Shown here: in pieces, positions 13,837-28,929 of the stretch
Position numbering within the stretch: the stretch's first letter is position 1
Layout of the letters: every line of letters begins with the position of its first letter
Assembly: GCA_012295275.1 (NCBI GenBank)
Contig: CM022670.1
Coordinates: forward strand, 5,084,001-5,148,000
DNA length: 64,000 nt
From: Chrysomallon squamiferum
Lineage: Eukaryota > Animalia > Mollusca
Reading direction: 5' to 3'
Position numbers and translations under genes: made by a program
Notes under the pieces: generated by a model
What the model was told of the DNA's origin: nothing
The model's input: the letters and a program-made list of their open reading frames with translations, nothing else
The model's database searches: none

Positions 13837-14793
13837 CTTTAATAAAACTATACATTATACAAATATTATATTTCCGCTGAAGACGTTAAAACAAACTAAT
13901 TATTGCTTCTTGTCTGACTAGATAAAACATGTCGCTGGCATGTGATGTAACAAGTGTTTGCGTTTTAGGAGTATTTCGATGCAATTTTGTTTTCTCTCCT
14001 GTTACATTAAGTGACGTCATTTCAAATTTGTTTTTTTCCGCAATATGTAGGTATAACCGTAAATGTTAATAAAAATTAAAAAGAACCTGTACTAACGTTG
14101 AAATCTAACTGTCACTCTGCTTGCTTGTCTCTCACTCTTTTGGTAACCAGTATTTATTTTTATGTGTACATCAGTCCATGAACAACGCATATTTTTCAAA
14201 ACAAATAAACTTTATATACAGCCATCTACAACACTAAATTCTAAATAATATATATATTTTTTTATTCTTCTTTTATTTAAGAAACAACAAACTAGTTAAC
14301 CTCATGAGCATTAAAAAAAAAAAGGACAATTAGTGCTAATTCTAAACCCACCATATTAGGAAATCTTTCCCCCCTCTTACTGCAGACTGATGATGGTAGG
14401 AGGCAATGATAAGGCCAGACCATTCATATAAGCACAACATTAATGTCAGCTGGCGAGATAAAATCGTATGACATCTCCGTTAAAACTTGTTAACTGTTGT
14501 TTCCCGTCTCAAGAACAAAATTAACGCTTCTTTTAAGCCTTGCTCCGTGTTTTCGTCGGGCCCTGAGTCAGCTGTTTTTACTACCATCTGCATTCTTTGC
14601 TTTCTGGATACCACAGAGTGATGACAAGTATTTCAGCTGGCTGCAGTCATGAATGAAAAGCCGATAGTGAACTGTATCTGACTTTGGGGCCAAAAAAAAA
14701 AGAAAAAAAGATTTACGGATTGTATTTGTAGAGATGTTTAATATAATATGTACGGCTTATATAAATAATCTAGATCTGTTTTCTTTGTGTGTG

Positions 14794-14799
<6 letters not shown>

Positions 14800-14860
<61 letters not shown>
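14800..14860. repeat. Compound (CT)n(GT)n microsatellite
   Basis: Direct reading. Confidence 0.96.
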
Positions 14861-14863
<3 letters not shown>

Positions 14864-17800
14864 ATGATCTGAGTAGAAGTAAGTGTGTGTCTGTGTGTAT
14901 GTGTTCTGTTTGTTTGTGTATGTACATGTATGTGACCAAACTGTTATATTTCTTTTTCTTTCATTCGTTTATCATTTCTTTCGTTTACTCATTCATCAGT
15001 TTTGTCATGTCTGCTTTTTCTCTCATTCATTCATTCTTTTATTCATTCACCATTCTTTCTTTTTCGATCATTCATTCATTCTCATGTTTTTTCAGTAAAT
15101 TAGTTATTTCTACTCTATTTTCTTTCATTTCCAATTAATTCTGTTTAGAATTAATAAGTAAAATAATAATAATTAAAAAAATGTTATAAATGAACATTTT
15201 TGAAAAATAATTCTAAACAAAATGATTAGAAATCATTAAAAGATATAAAAATAGAAAGATGATTACATTATCATTGTAGTGAACATATTAAAATAAAGTA
15301 AGACCGGTCATGGTTTATGTGTTTGTTACGTAATAATACCTGACATGTCATCCCGTTATCACGATTTCCAAGTCAAACGTTTCAAAAACTCGCCTGTCTT
15401 AATACCGTACCTCGCAAACAAAATAAATGCAAATATATACATTATTACAGTACGTTGTATAATATTCATCCGACAAAACGAAGTGATAGGCGGTTGAATT
15501 GAAGCAAATAAAAAGTTTTTAATGGCACTGAATTGTGATGACCACGGCTACAGATCTAGTTATCAATTTGAAACTTCATTAAACATGTCAAAAATGTCAC
15601 TGATTAATATCACGTGAACGAACCAGTCATTCGAATTACTGCCTGCAGTCGTCGTCGTATCCACAAAATCCAACGCCGAAAACCTTCGTTGTCGTTGTCC
15701 AGGTTTAATACAACATTTAATTCTTGGCAAGTTTTGTACAGCAGGATATGTTATTTAAAAAAATAAAAAAAATTAAAACATGACACTTGTTCAACAGAAA
15801 AACATGGAACTCGAGGTCTAAAGCACAGAACACAGGTTTAGAGACATCCGATGGTAAAATTATTAAATTTGCGATATTTTAAACATCATCTGCTACGCAG
15901 TGTTGCCAGTAAGGGTATGACATCTACACATGTACTTGCAGTGGTTGTTCTTATAATGTACAATCACATTTTGTGGCGTGGTTGATTTGCTTTATTTTCG
16001 AAATCTGTATATGTAAGCATACGTATATATGTATGTCTGTGTGTTTGTGTGGGCAACGTATTCTTCGCTGTGTCTGTGTTTTTATGTAGAGATTTTAGAC
16101 TTTCATTTATATTCAGATATGTTAGCACAGATCCAGTCATTGTTTATTCAGTCAAAAACTAACAAAAAGCTGACTATCTTTTCTTTCTTTTTTTTCTTTT
16201 TTCTGTGATAAGGCACCGCTCTATGGATCGAATCCCTCTACCAGCCACGTTAACGTCCTAATGAAACGAACCCAGTCAGTGAGGTCGATGGACTGAAATT
16301 ATCTACAGGTGAAAAGCTTTTTATTGTCAGGCTCGTGAAAGTTTTACGACATTATGGAAAACCATCATCTTTGTATATGTTTGGCTGATGAACTTTTTAC
16401 TGGAATCCAGTACACTCGGTCAGCTATATCGTATTAACAGGTTCTTGATTCCACAGCAGGTCAGCTGGTCAGGAAAATTTCATTACTTCAGTTCCCTCAA
16501 AGAACGATGTGTTTAATTCCAGATTCGTTATGCACTAAGAATGCATGTTCTGCGAACTGCCAGTAAACCAATTTCCCGTTCCACCTAGTTCTGTCCTATA
16601 TGTCCTGACTTATATCACATATTCTCTCTTTTCGTGCACCCAAAATTAATGTTTTTCCTTTGTAAAAATTTGTATTATTTACAGATTTCTATACTGGTCT
16701 ACTTTTGTCTGCCTGTTTTTTTGCATTTCATCTATACTTCTTTCTTTCTTTCTTTCTTTCTCTCACTCATTCTCGTTCTTTTGTTTTTTCTCTCTCTCTT
16801 TCTTTGTCTGTCTGTCTGTCTGTCTCATTTAGGTTTCATTTTCGCACGGTCTGCTGAGAAAATGCGACAGTCTTCGTGACTTCTGTGAATGGGAAATCCA
16901 GTTAAACAACCATCTAACGATATACACAAAACGCGTAAACCTTGACAACCGTAAACTGTTTCTACAAATACATCAGAAAAACTTAGCTTATCTTTGATAA
17001 ACACTGCTTATTACCCTACAAAGGAAAGAACAATGACGTCAGCCTCGGAGGCGTTGGTATCACGACGTTGCAACTTCTGCCTTATTAACTTCGTTTTCGT
17101 CTGTCAAATCTGTTCCGCCTCTGCACTGCAAACAAAAGTTGGGCACGATAATGGGTACGATGAGCACATGAAAAGAAGAAATGATCTTAACGTTATTTAA
17201 TCAGTCCGCAGGCATGAGTCACTGGCACAAAGCACGTTATGAACACAATTACTTTTGCAGAATAAACCGTGAAATCATTTTTCAAGGCGTTTGAACTGCT
17301 ACTTTCATTTATATCTACGCTTATTCGTGTTGAAAGGTCCGCCATTGTTAGTTTTGAAGGCCGGGTACATTTGGAAAACCAATATGAGGTAAAGTCACAC
17401 GCCCTTAACCCACCAGTTTGCCGTACCTGCTTATTATATCCATTTCGCCAATAGCACCAGAACATGAAAAAAGAAATTGAAATAAAAAAAACCGCCCATT
17501 TTGAGTACGTTGTAGGTATTAATAAATAAATGGGTGTTGTCTCGTAATGACAATGGTGGAAATAAAGATTATTGTTAATGATGGATATATAACTGAGTTA
17601 CACCAGAAAACCGTGTCAGTATGTTTATTTACACAGATTTTGTTTGAGGATACATGTAATAACTGATTATATTTGTGTATGTATTTACATATGCTTTTCT
17701 TTCTATGTATGTCTGTATTTATGTATGAATGTCTTTAGGTATGGTGCGTGTATGTATGTATGTACGGTTGGATGAATTTCAGTATATCTGTGTGTGTATA

Positions 17801-19064
17801 TTACATATATATATATATATATTATACACACACACACACACACACACACATATTATGCATGTATATATGTACATATGTTTGCATTGTTTTATTTATATTA
17901 TAACATTTATGTTTCTGATGATTCGCATAGTAATGAAGATAGGCCACGGAATTAAAAGCATACTTATTATTTTTTAAGTAAAACATACAGTAAAACTTCA
18001 ACTATGGCTCAAACAAAGCTAAACATCTTAAAATACTTTCATGTGCAGACGACATCCACGGAATTGTTTTTTTCCAGTTTTCAGATGTTCGGACAAGAAA
18101 TTGGCGACCTGTACTTTTTTAAACACCGTACGCATGTTGAAATAGGTAATACAACGGACAAAATACGAAGGTATATTAATACAGGTCTATAGTCTACATA
18201 TATTACGTACGAGTTCGCGGAAAGGTATGAGATATAATGCGTACCGTAACGGCTCGTTTACTTTTGTTGGATTCATAGCCGTGGTACTCGATTTGATACG
18301 GTCTTCTTTTCGTCTGGTCAAAGTTACACCTGATTCTTTTGTAAGTCATATTCATGAGCCTTTGATTTTTCTATCAAAGGGCAAAGTCGGTCAGCAGTCT
18401 TTGTGGGAGTGAAAACTTCTCGTTTGAATGGTGGTTTCAAGTTAACAATATTTCTAAACACATGCTTTTTGAGTGAGTTACTATTTGACTTCTTTTCTTT
18501 TCTTCTTTGTATTTTTTGTTTTTTAAATTTTATTTCTAAACATATGTAAAAAATAAACTTATTTTTATGGATGATAAAAAAAAAAAAAAGGTTTATTAAA
18601 TCATTAAAATCCATGACTACTGTGAAAATATAGTTAAATACTATGTTTGGTTATTTTTGACGTCCAGAATGAGGATTGATATAAATATCTTACAGTCGTA
18701 TTGTAAACAAATATTTTAATGTTTAAACAATTACAAGTCAAACTTGGATAAAATAAAATGTTAAAGAGACGTTAAACAAGAAGTCATTCGTTTATTAAGA
18801 AAATATATATATCGCAGTTTACATGTTTACAGTCATGTGGATATACATGTATACCCCATTTTTCATCAGTGCTGGGAATTACTTAATTTAATTATACACA
18901 CTGGATCCCGGATACATTGTGTATGCATTCCAGTTGCCTTATATGAGTGTGATTAATGTTTGACATGCTTTCATCCCAGACCTGTTCAAGCAGGCATATC
19001 GTGGACAGTATCTGAGGTTAAAGCTTACATTATTTGTTTCTTAACAGTCTATAATCAAACAGAC

Positions 19065-19320
19065 AGCTGGATTCGAGCTTAGTGATTAAAGTTCTCATTT
19101 GATGGTTCTCTCAGGATCAATCTTCTTTATGTATTCGATTATTTTCCATCCTATTCAATAGAGCTGTGTATGTTTCCTGTCCATGGGAAGGTGCAGAATG
19201 ATGATTGTTGCTTGCTTCCAATCAATAAATATTGGCATCGTGTTTCTTTTCTAGCATCATCATTTTTTCCAGATATCATATTTGATGTCTCATATTAGGA
19301 TAAATGAAAATGTACCACTT
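19065..19320 (+). mobile_element. Decayed tRNA-derived SINE (Meta/MESC-like core)
   Basis: Head GAGCTTAGTGATTAAAG...CAGGATCAATC; the core CCTGTCCATGGGAAGGTGCA shares ATGGGAAGGTGCA with the copy at ~32048. Confidence 0.7.
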
Positions 19321-20278
19321 TTTCTTAAATAAAATAGTTTAAATATCATTCATCTATCCATACATTCGTCCATCCATTCATTCATTTGTATAATAATTCA
19401 TTTATTCATTCATTTACTCTTTCATAGATTCGTTGATTCGTTTCCATCCGTTCATCTTTCATTCATTCATTCATTCATCAATTCATTCATTCATCCTTCA
19501 GCTTATTCATTCACTCATTCAGAAACCTTGGGGTATCGGCAAACCAACCGTCTTTTGATATCTTAAAATAGTCTCTCGCTTAATGCTGTTTAAGTTAAAT
19601 TAACATTTACTTTACTCACGCAACATCGACAGATTTGTGTGCGAGAGAATTCTTCAAGTCTCATTACGTAACTGAACGAGATCGCTGTGTGTATCTGTAC
19701 ACGTAATTCAAATTTACACACCACACCTGTATCAACGGCTTTACTACGTCTTTGGCAGGGTAGATAAACACCGCCTAATTCAACAGAGTCGCCTAACTTT
19801 AGCAAATATATGGATTTCTGTGCCAGTTCCTGAGTCTAACAGTTAAAGTTACCCCCGAAACAAAGCACCAGCTTCGACAGAGTGAAATGGGTTAATTTGA
19901 TCTTGAGCTTAATGTAGTTCTCAGTAAAGTTATCTCATTGGAGGAATATAAGGACAAGAGAACTAGGTTTAAAGTGGTCAATAAACTTAAAAATGGAAAA
20001 ATGGTTATGAGAAAATGTGTAGAATTGGATATATTTTAGACTAAGAGTCTGGAACGGACTGTTATTTCCACGAAAAAGGGTCGTTATCTAACGAAAAGGA
20101 CCGTAATTATATGTAACATCAACTTCACTTTTGAAATATATTTAAAAATTATAAATATATTTCTTATTATAAATGATTTTCATATAATATCATAGATCAT
20201 GATATTCATATCACCCTTTTCTGCAGTACTGGATAAAGTACCCTTGAGAAAGTTATTTAAAAGATGAAAAGCAGTTTG

Positions 20279-20316
20279 AAATAGTTTTAAATAGTTTTAA
20301 ATAGTTTTAAATAGTT
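20279..20316. repeat. 10-bp tandem repeat (AAATAGTTTT), about 3.8 copies
   Basis: Direct reading. Confidence 0.93.
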
Positions 20317-23300
20317 CCGCTTTGAGAGGTAAAAATCTATTAAAGTACCATTAAGACGATAAAATTTACCCAGTTGTAGTGTCCTTTTTTCCCCCAGCCG
20401 TAATATATGCCTTAAAAAATATATATCTCTATTTCCTATCCTTTGAAGATTCGGAATTTACATACTAGAAGAATGCTTCCAATTTTCATATACATTAAAA
20501 AAAGCAGAAAATGCAGATCTAGTTGAAAAGATATCTAGAGGGGAAAAAAAAGGGAAAAAAAGAAAGAAAAAAGTTAAAGTAACCTTAAATTATCAGCTGT
20601 GTCTAAAACGCCAGTTGTTTAATGTCTACGTATATCTAGATACCGTACGTGTATCTAGTCACAGTGTTTAATTCCGATTGAATCTGAAGATACTATCATT
20701 AAACAGCCAAGAGTCTCGTTTTTTTCTTTTGTATGACAAGTGGTAATAAATCACTTACCTTTTATTTAGAAACATATATACATTTACAAACAGTTTATGT
20801 CCTTTTTCATTTGTTTAGATTGCATCGCTGCCTCAAGCTTAGCGAGATGGAAAAAATTCAATAAAATTTCGTCACCTCCGAGTTTGTAAGTAAATTCAGG
20901 CAAACTGGACCCAGTGACTTCTTCACTTGCTGAAGGCTGCAGGCTTAAGACTTTTTGAACAACAGTTAAAAGGAAAAATGTTAAACTTTTATGACGTTTG
21001 ACAAATTTGTACCATTTGCCCCAGGTAATAATTGTTGTTGGAATTATATTGATGTTAGAAACATTGTAATAATGAATTAATGAAATACCTTTTTCGTTAC
21101 AAGTTGCACATCAGCATTATACACAGTCACCAAGAGAAAGTTCAGAAATAAAGAAAAAATGCATAACACTTACATATACGTTTACAGTGAGATTTATTTG
21201 TTTTTATTTATGATTATGTGAAGAAAAAAGAAAAAAAAGAAGAGAAATCTGTCCAAAGATGAAATAACAACTAGATAAACATTCATACATATAGGTACTT
21301 AAAATATTACTGCATATTCACATACATTCACACACACAAACATATTCACAAAGAGAGACAGAGAGAGAGAGAGAAAGAGTAGATGAAAGAGATATACAGA
21401 AAGAGTGAGAGGCTCGTGCATTTCAAATAAATGAATTATCATTAATGAGAGAAACAATTGATTTTAAAAGTTAATAATAATAATAAATGTATAATTAAAA
21501 ACCCGCGAGGTAGACATAACATTAAACTCGCATCCAGTCCTTTATTTAACAAAACCACTAAAACTAATTTCAACATTTGACACTCTGCTGTTGCTGTTTT
21601 GTTTTTATTTTTTAAATTTCTTTTCACTCAGTGACTCATAAGATCAAATCACTTCAAATGCTTTTTTAATTCAGGTTACTTCAAAAAATAATGATATTTA
21701 TTTCCATCAGTGTCAAAGGTAACAAAAAAAAAAAAACCCATTCAGTTTTAAAGTTTAATCAGTGGTAACAACTTTTTGAAACAGTCTTAGATTTCGTTTC
21801 TTAAAAACTAATCGAATGTTTGGCAGATAACAGCAACGGTGTTAATAATTGCTGATAACGTAACAGTAATTTCTTTGTAAGCAGACATTCCTTCGTCACC
21901 AAAGCTGTTGTATCTCTGACCGTATTTCTACCAGTCCCCGCACTGGTCTAGAAAGCTGTTAGCACTTTACATTTTTTTAATTTTAATTTTAGTAAAATAC
22001 ATATAATTATATTTCTTTATACAAATATTATTTGAAAGGGTATAACCTGGGGATAAGTCTGAAATGATTGACAAAATCCATGATGGCAGCTCATAACTCA
22101 GCAACTGTTTTACTTTAAGGTTAAATCAGGTTGCAGAAATGTAGTCACATGAACTGATCTACTGAAAACTGTATCGTTTATAATCATTGCTGGCCTTGAC
22201 GTGTGTGTCAACAAGCGATAGAAATTTTTAATTTTCTATAATAAGCTGCATTTCTTTACTAAATCAGGGTTGCCAAGTTGAAAAATTAGCTATCAGTCTT
22301 TGGAATTGAAAATTGGAAATTAAAACGTGATTTCTAACCAAACTGGAAATTATTTGTTTTAAGCACCGCGCAGGTAGATTAAAATAAGCTAGTCCATATC
22401 TGATTTAATTTTGTAAAATTAGATTCATGTATGCCTATCTGGGGAAACTTTAAGTGTCAGCGTACGGTTTTTTGTGGAATAAATATGTATAAACAAAGAA
22501 ACAAAATAGAAGAAGAAGAGAAAACTACTCGCTGATGTCTTTCCAGTTCAGTTTTCAAGTATCCTGTAAAGACGGGTGAATAATTTCAGTAAAGGGCAGC
22601 CTGGTCATAGTTTGATGAATCATTTATGTGATTAATTAAATTTTGGAAAGATGAAAAATAAAACGCGATGACACCGAAATAGAAAAGTAAGCGGCAGATA
22701 TGCATTATATCTTCAGGTTTGCAATATATAACCGCTGTCCTGTTAAAACTTATTACGTACGTTATACAAAAATATCCGCTGCTTTGGGCACAGTTTGGCT
22801 TCATGCACTGGTGAACGGTTCTGTGTATTAGAGTTAATGGTTAGTTTTTTTTTTAACGGGTTTCTTCATTATATGCGCGATCCGCCAAATTTCTTATCTA
22901 AACCAGGGTTGTGTTGACAAAGGGGGCTGCCTATTAAAACACTAATCCGTGGATAAACCCTGCTCATTTCTCACCATCTTTCTGTGATATAACCACTTGA
23001 ATAATACAGTTTGCAGTCAGGTCACAGATAACAGGATGACGCGCTGACTTGTTTGGTTTGGGATAAGCGTGTTCTTACACAGACCTTTATTTACCTACGT
23101 ATGTATACTGGTGTTTGTGTACCATTATACATGCACGACGGTATACACGCCTGCATTTATACGTACATGCGTACCTAAATACATACGTACATGCGTACAT
23201 GCGTATATGCATAGATTCATAAATACATACACAAATACAGATACGAATATAAAAAGGGTAAACATGCATGCAAAAACACTTATTATATACAAAAGCAACA

Positions 23301-25693
23301 TTAGTATCATCATCATAATCAAAAACAACAAGAACAACAACAAAAGCAAAAGACTAAACAACAAACCCCAATAAAAAATAATATATATATCAAATTTTTT
23401 TTTTTTAAATTAAAAAATGAAATAGAATAACAACAACAATAGATCTCAATAGACAGACCAGTTTGTAATATTGTGTAGAATCTAATATATGAACACATTT
23501 TTATCCTTAATAAAACCACTGATTTTATGAACGGGTATTATAAATAGATAAAACTTGATTTTGTTTTAATAAACACAAAGCGTTAGAAATAACGGAATTT
23601 TATCTTATCTCCAATAACTGGTCCTGTAAATTCTAATTATTTTCTGCTTACCTTTTCTACATTTTTGTACCTAACACTGTTTTTGAAAGGTGTGAAAAAA
23701 AAAAAAAAAAAAAAAAAATGTATACATCTTATTTGTTTCGCCAAGTAGGAGGCAAAAAAGTTAATCTTATATTTCTGTGAAATGTGGATTTCATGGGATT
23801 AGAACGACAGTTTTGTGTGTTAAAAGTTAATCTACAAAACCCCTTTGGTTTTCTTCATATATTAACTTTGATTTAAGCCGATTTTAATATATTAAAATAT
23901 CGCCTGCGTCAAAGCATGCACGGATCATTTTGTTGCTATAAAATTACTCACGTGTGCGATATACACCTACATACGTAAAGCAGCAGTCTTATACACGCAC
24001 ACACACACACATACATATAAACAACATGTAGGGAAATCGCGATTTATTACCTGGAGATTTAGCATTTCTGCGTGAATTCTGCCAGTGAAAATATAAGCGA
24101 CATTCAATACTTAGAATAATATTAAGAATAACATTAAGAATAACTCATGTTAGAAAAATTAGATATCTTTATTTATTTATTATTGGTTGTTGTTTTGGGG
24201 TTTTTTTGTGGGTTTTTTTATATATACGATTGGGGATATTAATACAATTGGTTATTATTTAAATTTATATATATTTTTTCCGTCTATGGATAATAACTGA
24301 ATACAAAACATTCAGGACCAATACTGATATTATAAACAGTATTAATTCATCATCATCAAATATATTAATATTTTTTCATCCGTATCTTCATCATCATCGT
24401 TATTATGATGATCATCATTGTCATCATCCTATCACTTTTTTTTACCACCATAATAATGATTATTGTCATAATATATTTAATTTCGTTTTTCTTTCTTTCT
24501 TTCTTTTTTCGTTTCTTCTTTGTTTTTCTTTGTTTTTTTACTCTTGCGCCACTTTTGGTGACTTCATGGACATCTCTTTGTGAGGAAGACTACTCAAAAT
24601 TCCTTCTGAATGTTGCTTCATTTGTACTAGAAAGAAGAGCATCCACTTCAAAGAAGGTAAATATTTTCATCACTAAGAGTGTACTTGTGTAGACAGTCGG
24701 AATTTTTTTGATGGAAATTCTTTAATGACATCTAAGAAGTTAATTAGTCCCCGTTGACACCATTCAAATTTAACAGACGACCCAAAATAAAAATAATAAA
24801 GAGAATGAATAATAATAATACAAAATAATAATAATACAATAAATAAATAAATAAAATTTTTTAAAAAGTAAAATAAATACAAGACAAAATGTAATGTTAA
24901 AACAAACTGAAAGAAAAACTATTATTTCCATTTCCATAAAGAAGATCAACACTTTGGAATTCATCAACATTTTCTTCTGGGTTCTGGAAGGAAGAAGCTT
25001 ATCTCACCTATTTTCGAGTTCTAAATTGCCTCCCCTTTTTTCAGCTTTCGCAATTTTCAGATTTGAGAAAAGAAAAGAAAGAAAAACAAGTGTCATTCTG
25101 ATCCTCTCTAAAGGTGCCAGAGCTTTCCCATTCGTGTTTTTTTTTTTTTGTTCCCCTAAATAAAAAAAGAAAAAAAAAAAGAAAGAAAAAGTGATATCAT
25201 TTTCTTAAGCAAGTTATCGTGGATTTACACAACACTTAAGCCTATTACAAACACAGGTTTAGTAAGACGAGTTGTTATGTCAGAGGACCAGCTATCTCGC
25301 AGAATGGAGCGCGGACACGTAAAAGTGAAAAGGAGTCTTTACCAAGTGGCTTTAAAACCGATACCGTAATACACGGCGCTAATGAAACCTAGGCGGATTA
25401 TCACTTGTCACAGAACGCCCGCTCTTTGTGAGGCGTGTTTGTTTTTTTGTTAGTTTTTCGGTTTCATCCATCGCACAAAGACGCTCTGATCGGATGAACG
25501 AGCCGGTTCAGAACGACATTCTGTTTGCTCGAGATGACCTCCGACCTCTCCGAGTCACTTCACCAGACTGCTGGAGTATCTCGTGCCATCATCACAATGC
25601 AAGCTTCGCGTCGCAGATGTCGTCGTGCAAGTCGGTGATGTAAAGTTATTCCGTAGTGTCCCGCGTGAATAGCCGAACTGAACAACTGGTTAA

Positions 25694-25707
25694 CGCCACC
25701 TCGTGGC
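25694..25707 (-). promoter_or_regulatory. CTCF-like motif (minus strand GCCACGAGGTGGCG)
   Basis: Strong match to the CTCF core, at the right edge of a CpG-rich island (25270-25720). Confidence 0.4.
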
Positions 25708-26927
25708 AAATTTTGTATCCGTTATTAGAAAGTGAATTAACAAATGACTGATTACAGATACCTGAATGTAATTAATACTATTACTGGTGAAGCTGAATTG
25801 GTCACTTTAATATTTCTTTAACGACAAGACATGACGTATTTTATTACTAACTGTCATTCTAAATGAATAAACAAATATTTAATTAATATTTAAATTAAAC
25901 GGACATTAAAATTTAATTGCTAACGGCTCAAAATTAACTTATTATCGACCGACATCAGACACCTTTTGAATATGAGTTGTTATTAGGATTCAGTAAATAA
26001 ACAGTGAGTGAATAATGTTTCAACACATTTTGATGCCAATGGTTAAAAAGTATCAAATGTAATTACATGTAATAATGATCTGAGAGAGATAGCGTATCAC
26101 CATAGCCATGTTTTACTGTTACCAGTTAGCATTAAGGATATATTATGTTCTCCTTCCCGTAGACGTTTACTGCCATATATGGTTATATTATTATTATTAT
26201 TTAAAAATTTAAATAATTTTACAGAGGTCAGTAGAACAGCAATAATAATTACAGGGGCTGTAGCAGCAATAACAACAACAACAACAGCAGCAATCACAGT
26301 AATAATAAAGTCAGAAATTAGGACGATCGCAACAACCAAAAATCCCCACATATAAAAGGTCAATGTTCAAAAATAAATAACTGACAAACATCAAAAATAA
26401 ACATATATTACAAAATTATTTTCGCTTCAGTTATTTCATTACTTTTAAAAGTGAATGAAAAAAAAATAAAATAAAATAAAAAAGAAAAAAATAAAGAAAA
26501 GAAAAAAGAAAAAAAAACAAATTAAGAAGAAAAGAAAACAAAAACGAATATAAAAGAAAGACGAAGTAAAGTAAAGATCAACATTCCAGGGTACACGAAA
26601 TTTCGTAAATAATATTCAAATTCATTAATGACGTCAACGATGACATATATCTAACTAAATGGCCAATCGCTGAGCTGGAGAGCAATAATTCACTCGCGCT
26701 GCCAGACAAAGAGGTATTGTTGTTGTGGACTGAACTGGCTAATGTCAATATGTATTGAAGGTAACAGAACCGTGCTATCTGTGGGATTATCCCAACATCA
26801 AACCAGTATTAACAAGTTTTTGTTATTTTTCAAAACATATTATAAGAAAATGACAATTTTAGTAAAGGAAGAAATTCTCCCGTAACGGATCAAGTTACGC
26901 ATATTTCATAACGGCCTTTAAATCGAT

Positions 26928-26983
<56 letters not shown>

Positions 26984-27773
26984 TATAATAATAAGAAGAA
27001 CAGCAACAACAACACTACTACAACAATAAAATAAAAAAGCTAAGCGTTAGAAACCTGTACACACACAAACACACATACACACCCGCACACAGTCAAACAC
27101 ACACATACATACACGTGTGTGTGTGTTTATAGATATGTAGAGAGATGGATAGGTAAATAAATAGAGAGATGGACGGATGGATGAATGACTGGATGGATAG
27201 CAGATATAAATCAACATGCCTGTTATCTGAAACGTGACAATACAAGAATACAACCAGAAATTCTTCCTGGTATATTTAATCTGCACAGGTTAAACTTCGG
27301 ATTACCAATCATGACTCGATATATATAATGAAAGAAGAAGGAAGAATAAATGTTATCTGAATAAGAAAAAAAAAAAAAAATCAGTCACACACCTATGACT
27401 CATAGATTGATTTCGGAATTTTATCCAGGCTTTTCCTAGTATAATGATGACGTAAGATATTCTAAATAACAACAACCACAACAGCAACAGGAATAACAAC
27501 AACAGTAATCGTGGCAGTAGGAAAAATAACAACAACAACAACAACAATAAAACCTGTATAGTGTGTAAACTAATTCATCTTCAGAAACATTAGCCAGTGA
27601 TAAACAATGAATAATAGTCTTTTATAATGATTTATTTATTTATTTATTTATTTGTTTATTTATCTTTTTGTCTCTTTGTGATTCTTTGTATTTACCCTGA
27701 AGGGGCGGATTTTACTTTATGTAAGGGGGTTCAGAAACAGTTTGTAAATATTTATAAATATTACAGGATACTT

Positions 27774-27776
<3 letters not shown>

Positions 27777-27859
<83 letters not shown>
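27777..27859. repeat. (AG)n microsatellite
   Basis: Direct reading. Confidence 0.97.
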
Positions 27860-27862
<3 letters not shown>

Positions 27863-28929
27863 AACTATTTTATAGGGAGAAACACTTTCAGTGTTGTGTG
27901 TATGTCTTTCAAGATAAATAAATAAATAAAATAGCAACGGAGAGAATAAACAAATTCAGTAAAATCAAATTAAATCAAATCAGGCCAAATAAATAAATAA
28001 ATTTCAGCACTATCTAATCTTGATCCGTGTGATCTATGTTTTGTTATCATTTCACAAAACATGACTTACCTCATTAAGACTGCATACCATTCATATTACA
28101 CTTAATCGTCAGTGTATGAGGAGTACCAGTGCATTTTGAAAGACAAAGGAAATAAAATTTAAAGAAGTCTTTCGCGGTATTTAAAAGAAGTAAAAATGAG
28201 AAAAATCAAAATTAAAGGATAATATCAGATTTTGACATTTTCATGTTGATATATCTATTTTATCATACTAAAAATGGCAAAAAAAAAATCTTGTTTTCCC
28301 CCATGCATTTATCTAGGTAGAATTCTGTATTTTTCAGGGTGACCCCCCCCCACAAAAAAAAAAAAAAAAAAATCCGATTGCTCATAATTTGATACTTAAC
28401 TAGCACAGTGCGGTATATCTTATAATAATAATAATAATAATAGCAAGAACATTACACATTTTTCTTCTTCTTTTTCTTCTTCTTCTTCTTCCTCCTTTTA
28501 TTATTAAAACAACAGAAAACAACAAAAAAAAATACATTCATACCAAATAAACTATAACAGCCCAGAGGTGTGAGGTATGGTCATTCATCCTTTTGCTCAA
28601 TTAGAGAAAACACGTATAAAATCACATCAAACCGTAGTTAAACATAGCACACGCCAGACACCAATAGAATCTTACGTTATCTCTGAAGGGAGCCAATTAA
28701 AAGCCCCGTTACAAAAATGCGCCGTTCGGTGCCCATAAACAACCGTGATGCACCATGACGTCTTGGGGCTCTGCAATCTCCGGTGACTTCGTAAATCCAT
28801 CAGTGTATTATTATCGTCCATTAATTTTACGTGTCACTCGACAGTTCAATTTTCATATAGACTTGTGTCGTTTCGCAACAGATAAAAACTGTAATTTATT
28901 TTACAGTTAGATCATAAGGTACTCAATAC

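Noticed and set aside
16205-16250. tRNA-like GGATCGAATCCC
   Set aside because: Only a B-box-like motif; no cloverleaf can be drawn. At most a SINE-head remnant.
18888-18956. ~70-nt hairpin resembling a pre-miRNA
   Set aside because: Large asymmetric bulge and an AT/GU-dependent basal stem; no known mature sequence recognised.
24071-24090. CGTGAATTCTGCCAGTG, complementary to the 3' part of miR-183/263-like sequences (from memory)
   Set aside because: The seed does not match and there is no precursor hairpin; likely chance.
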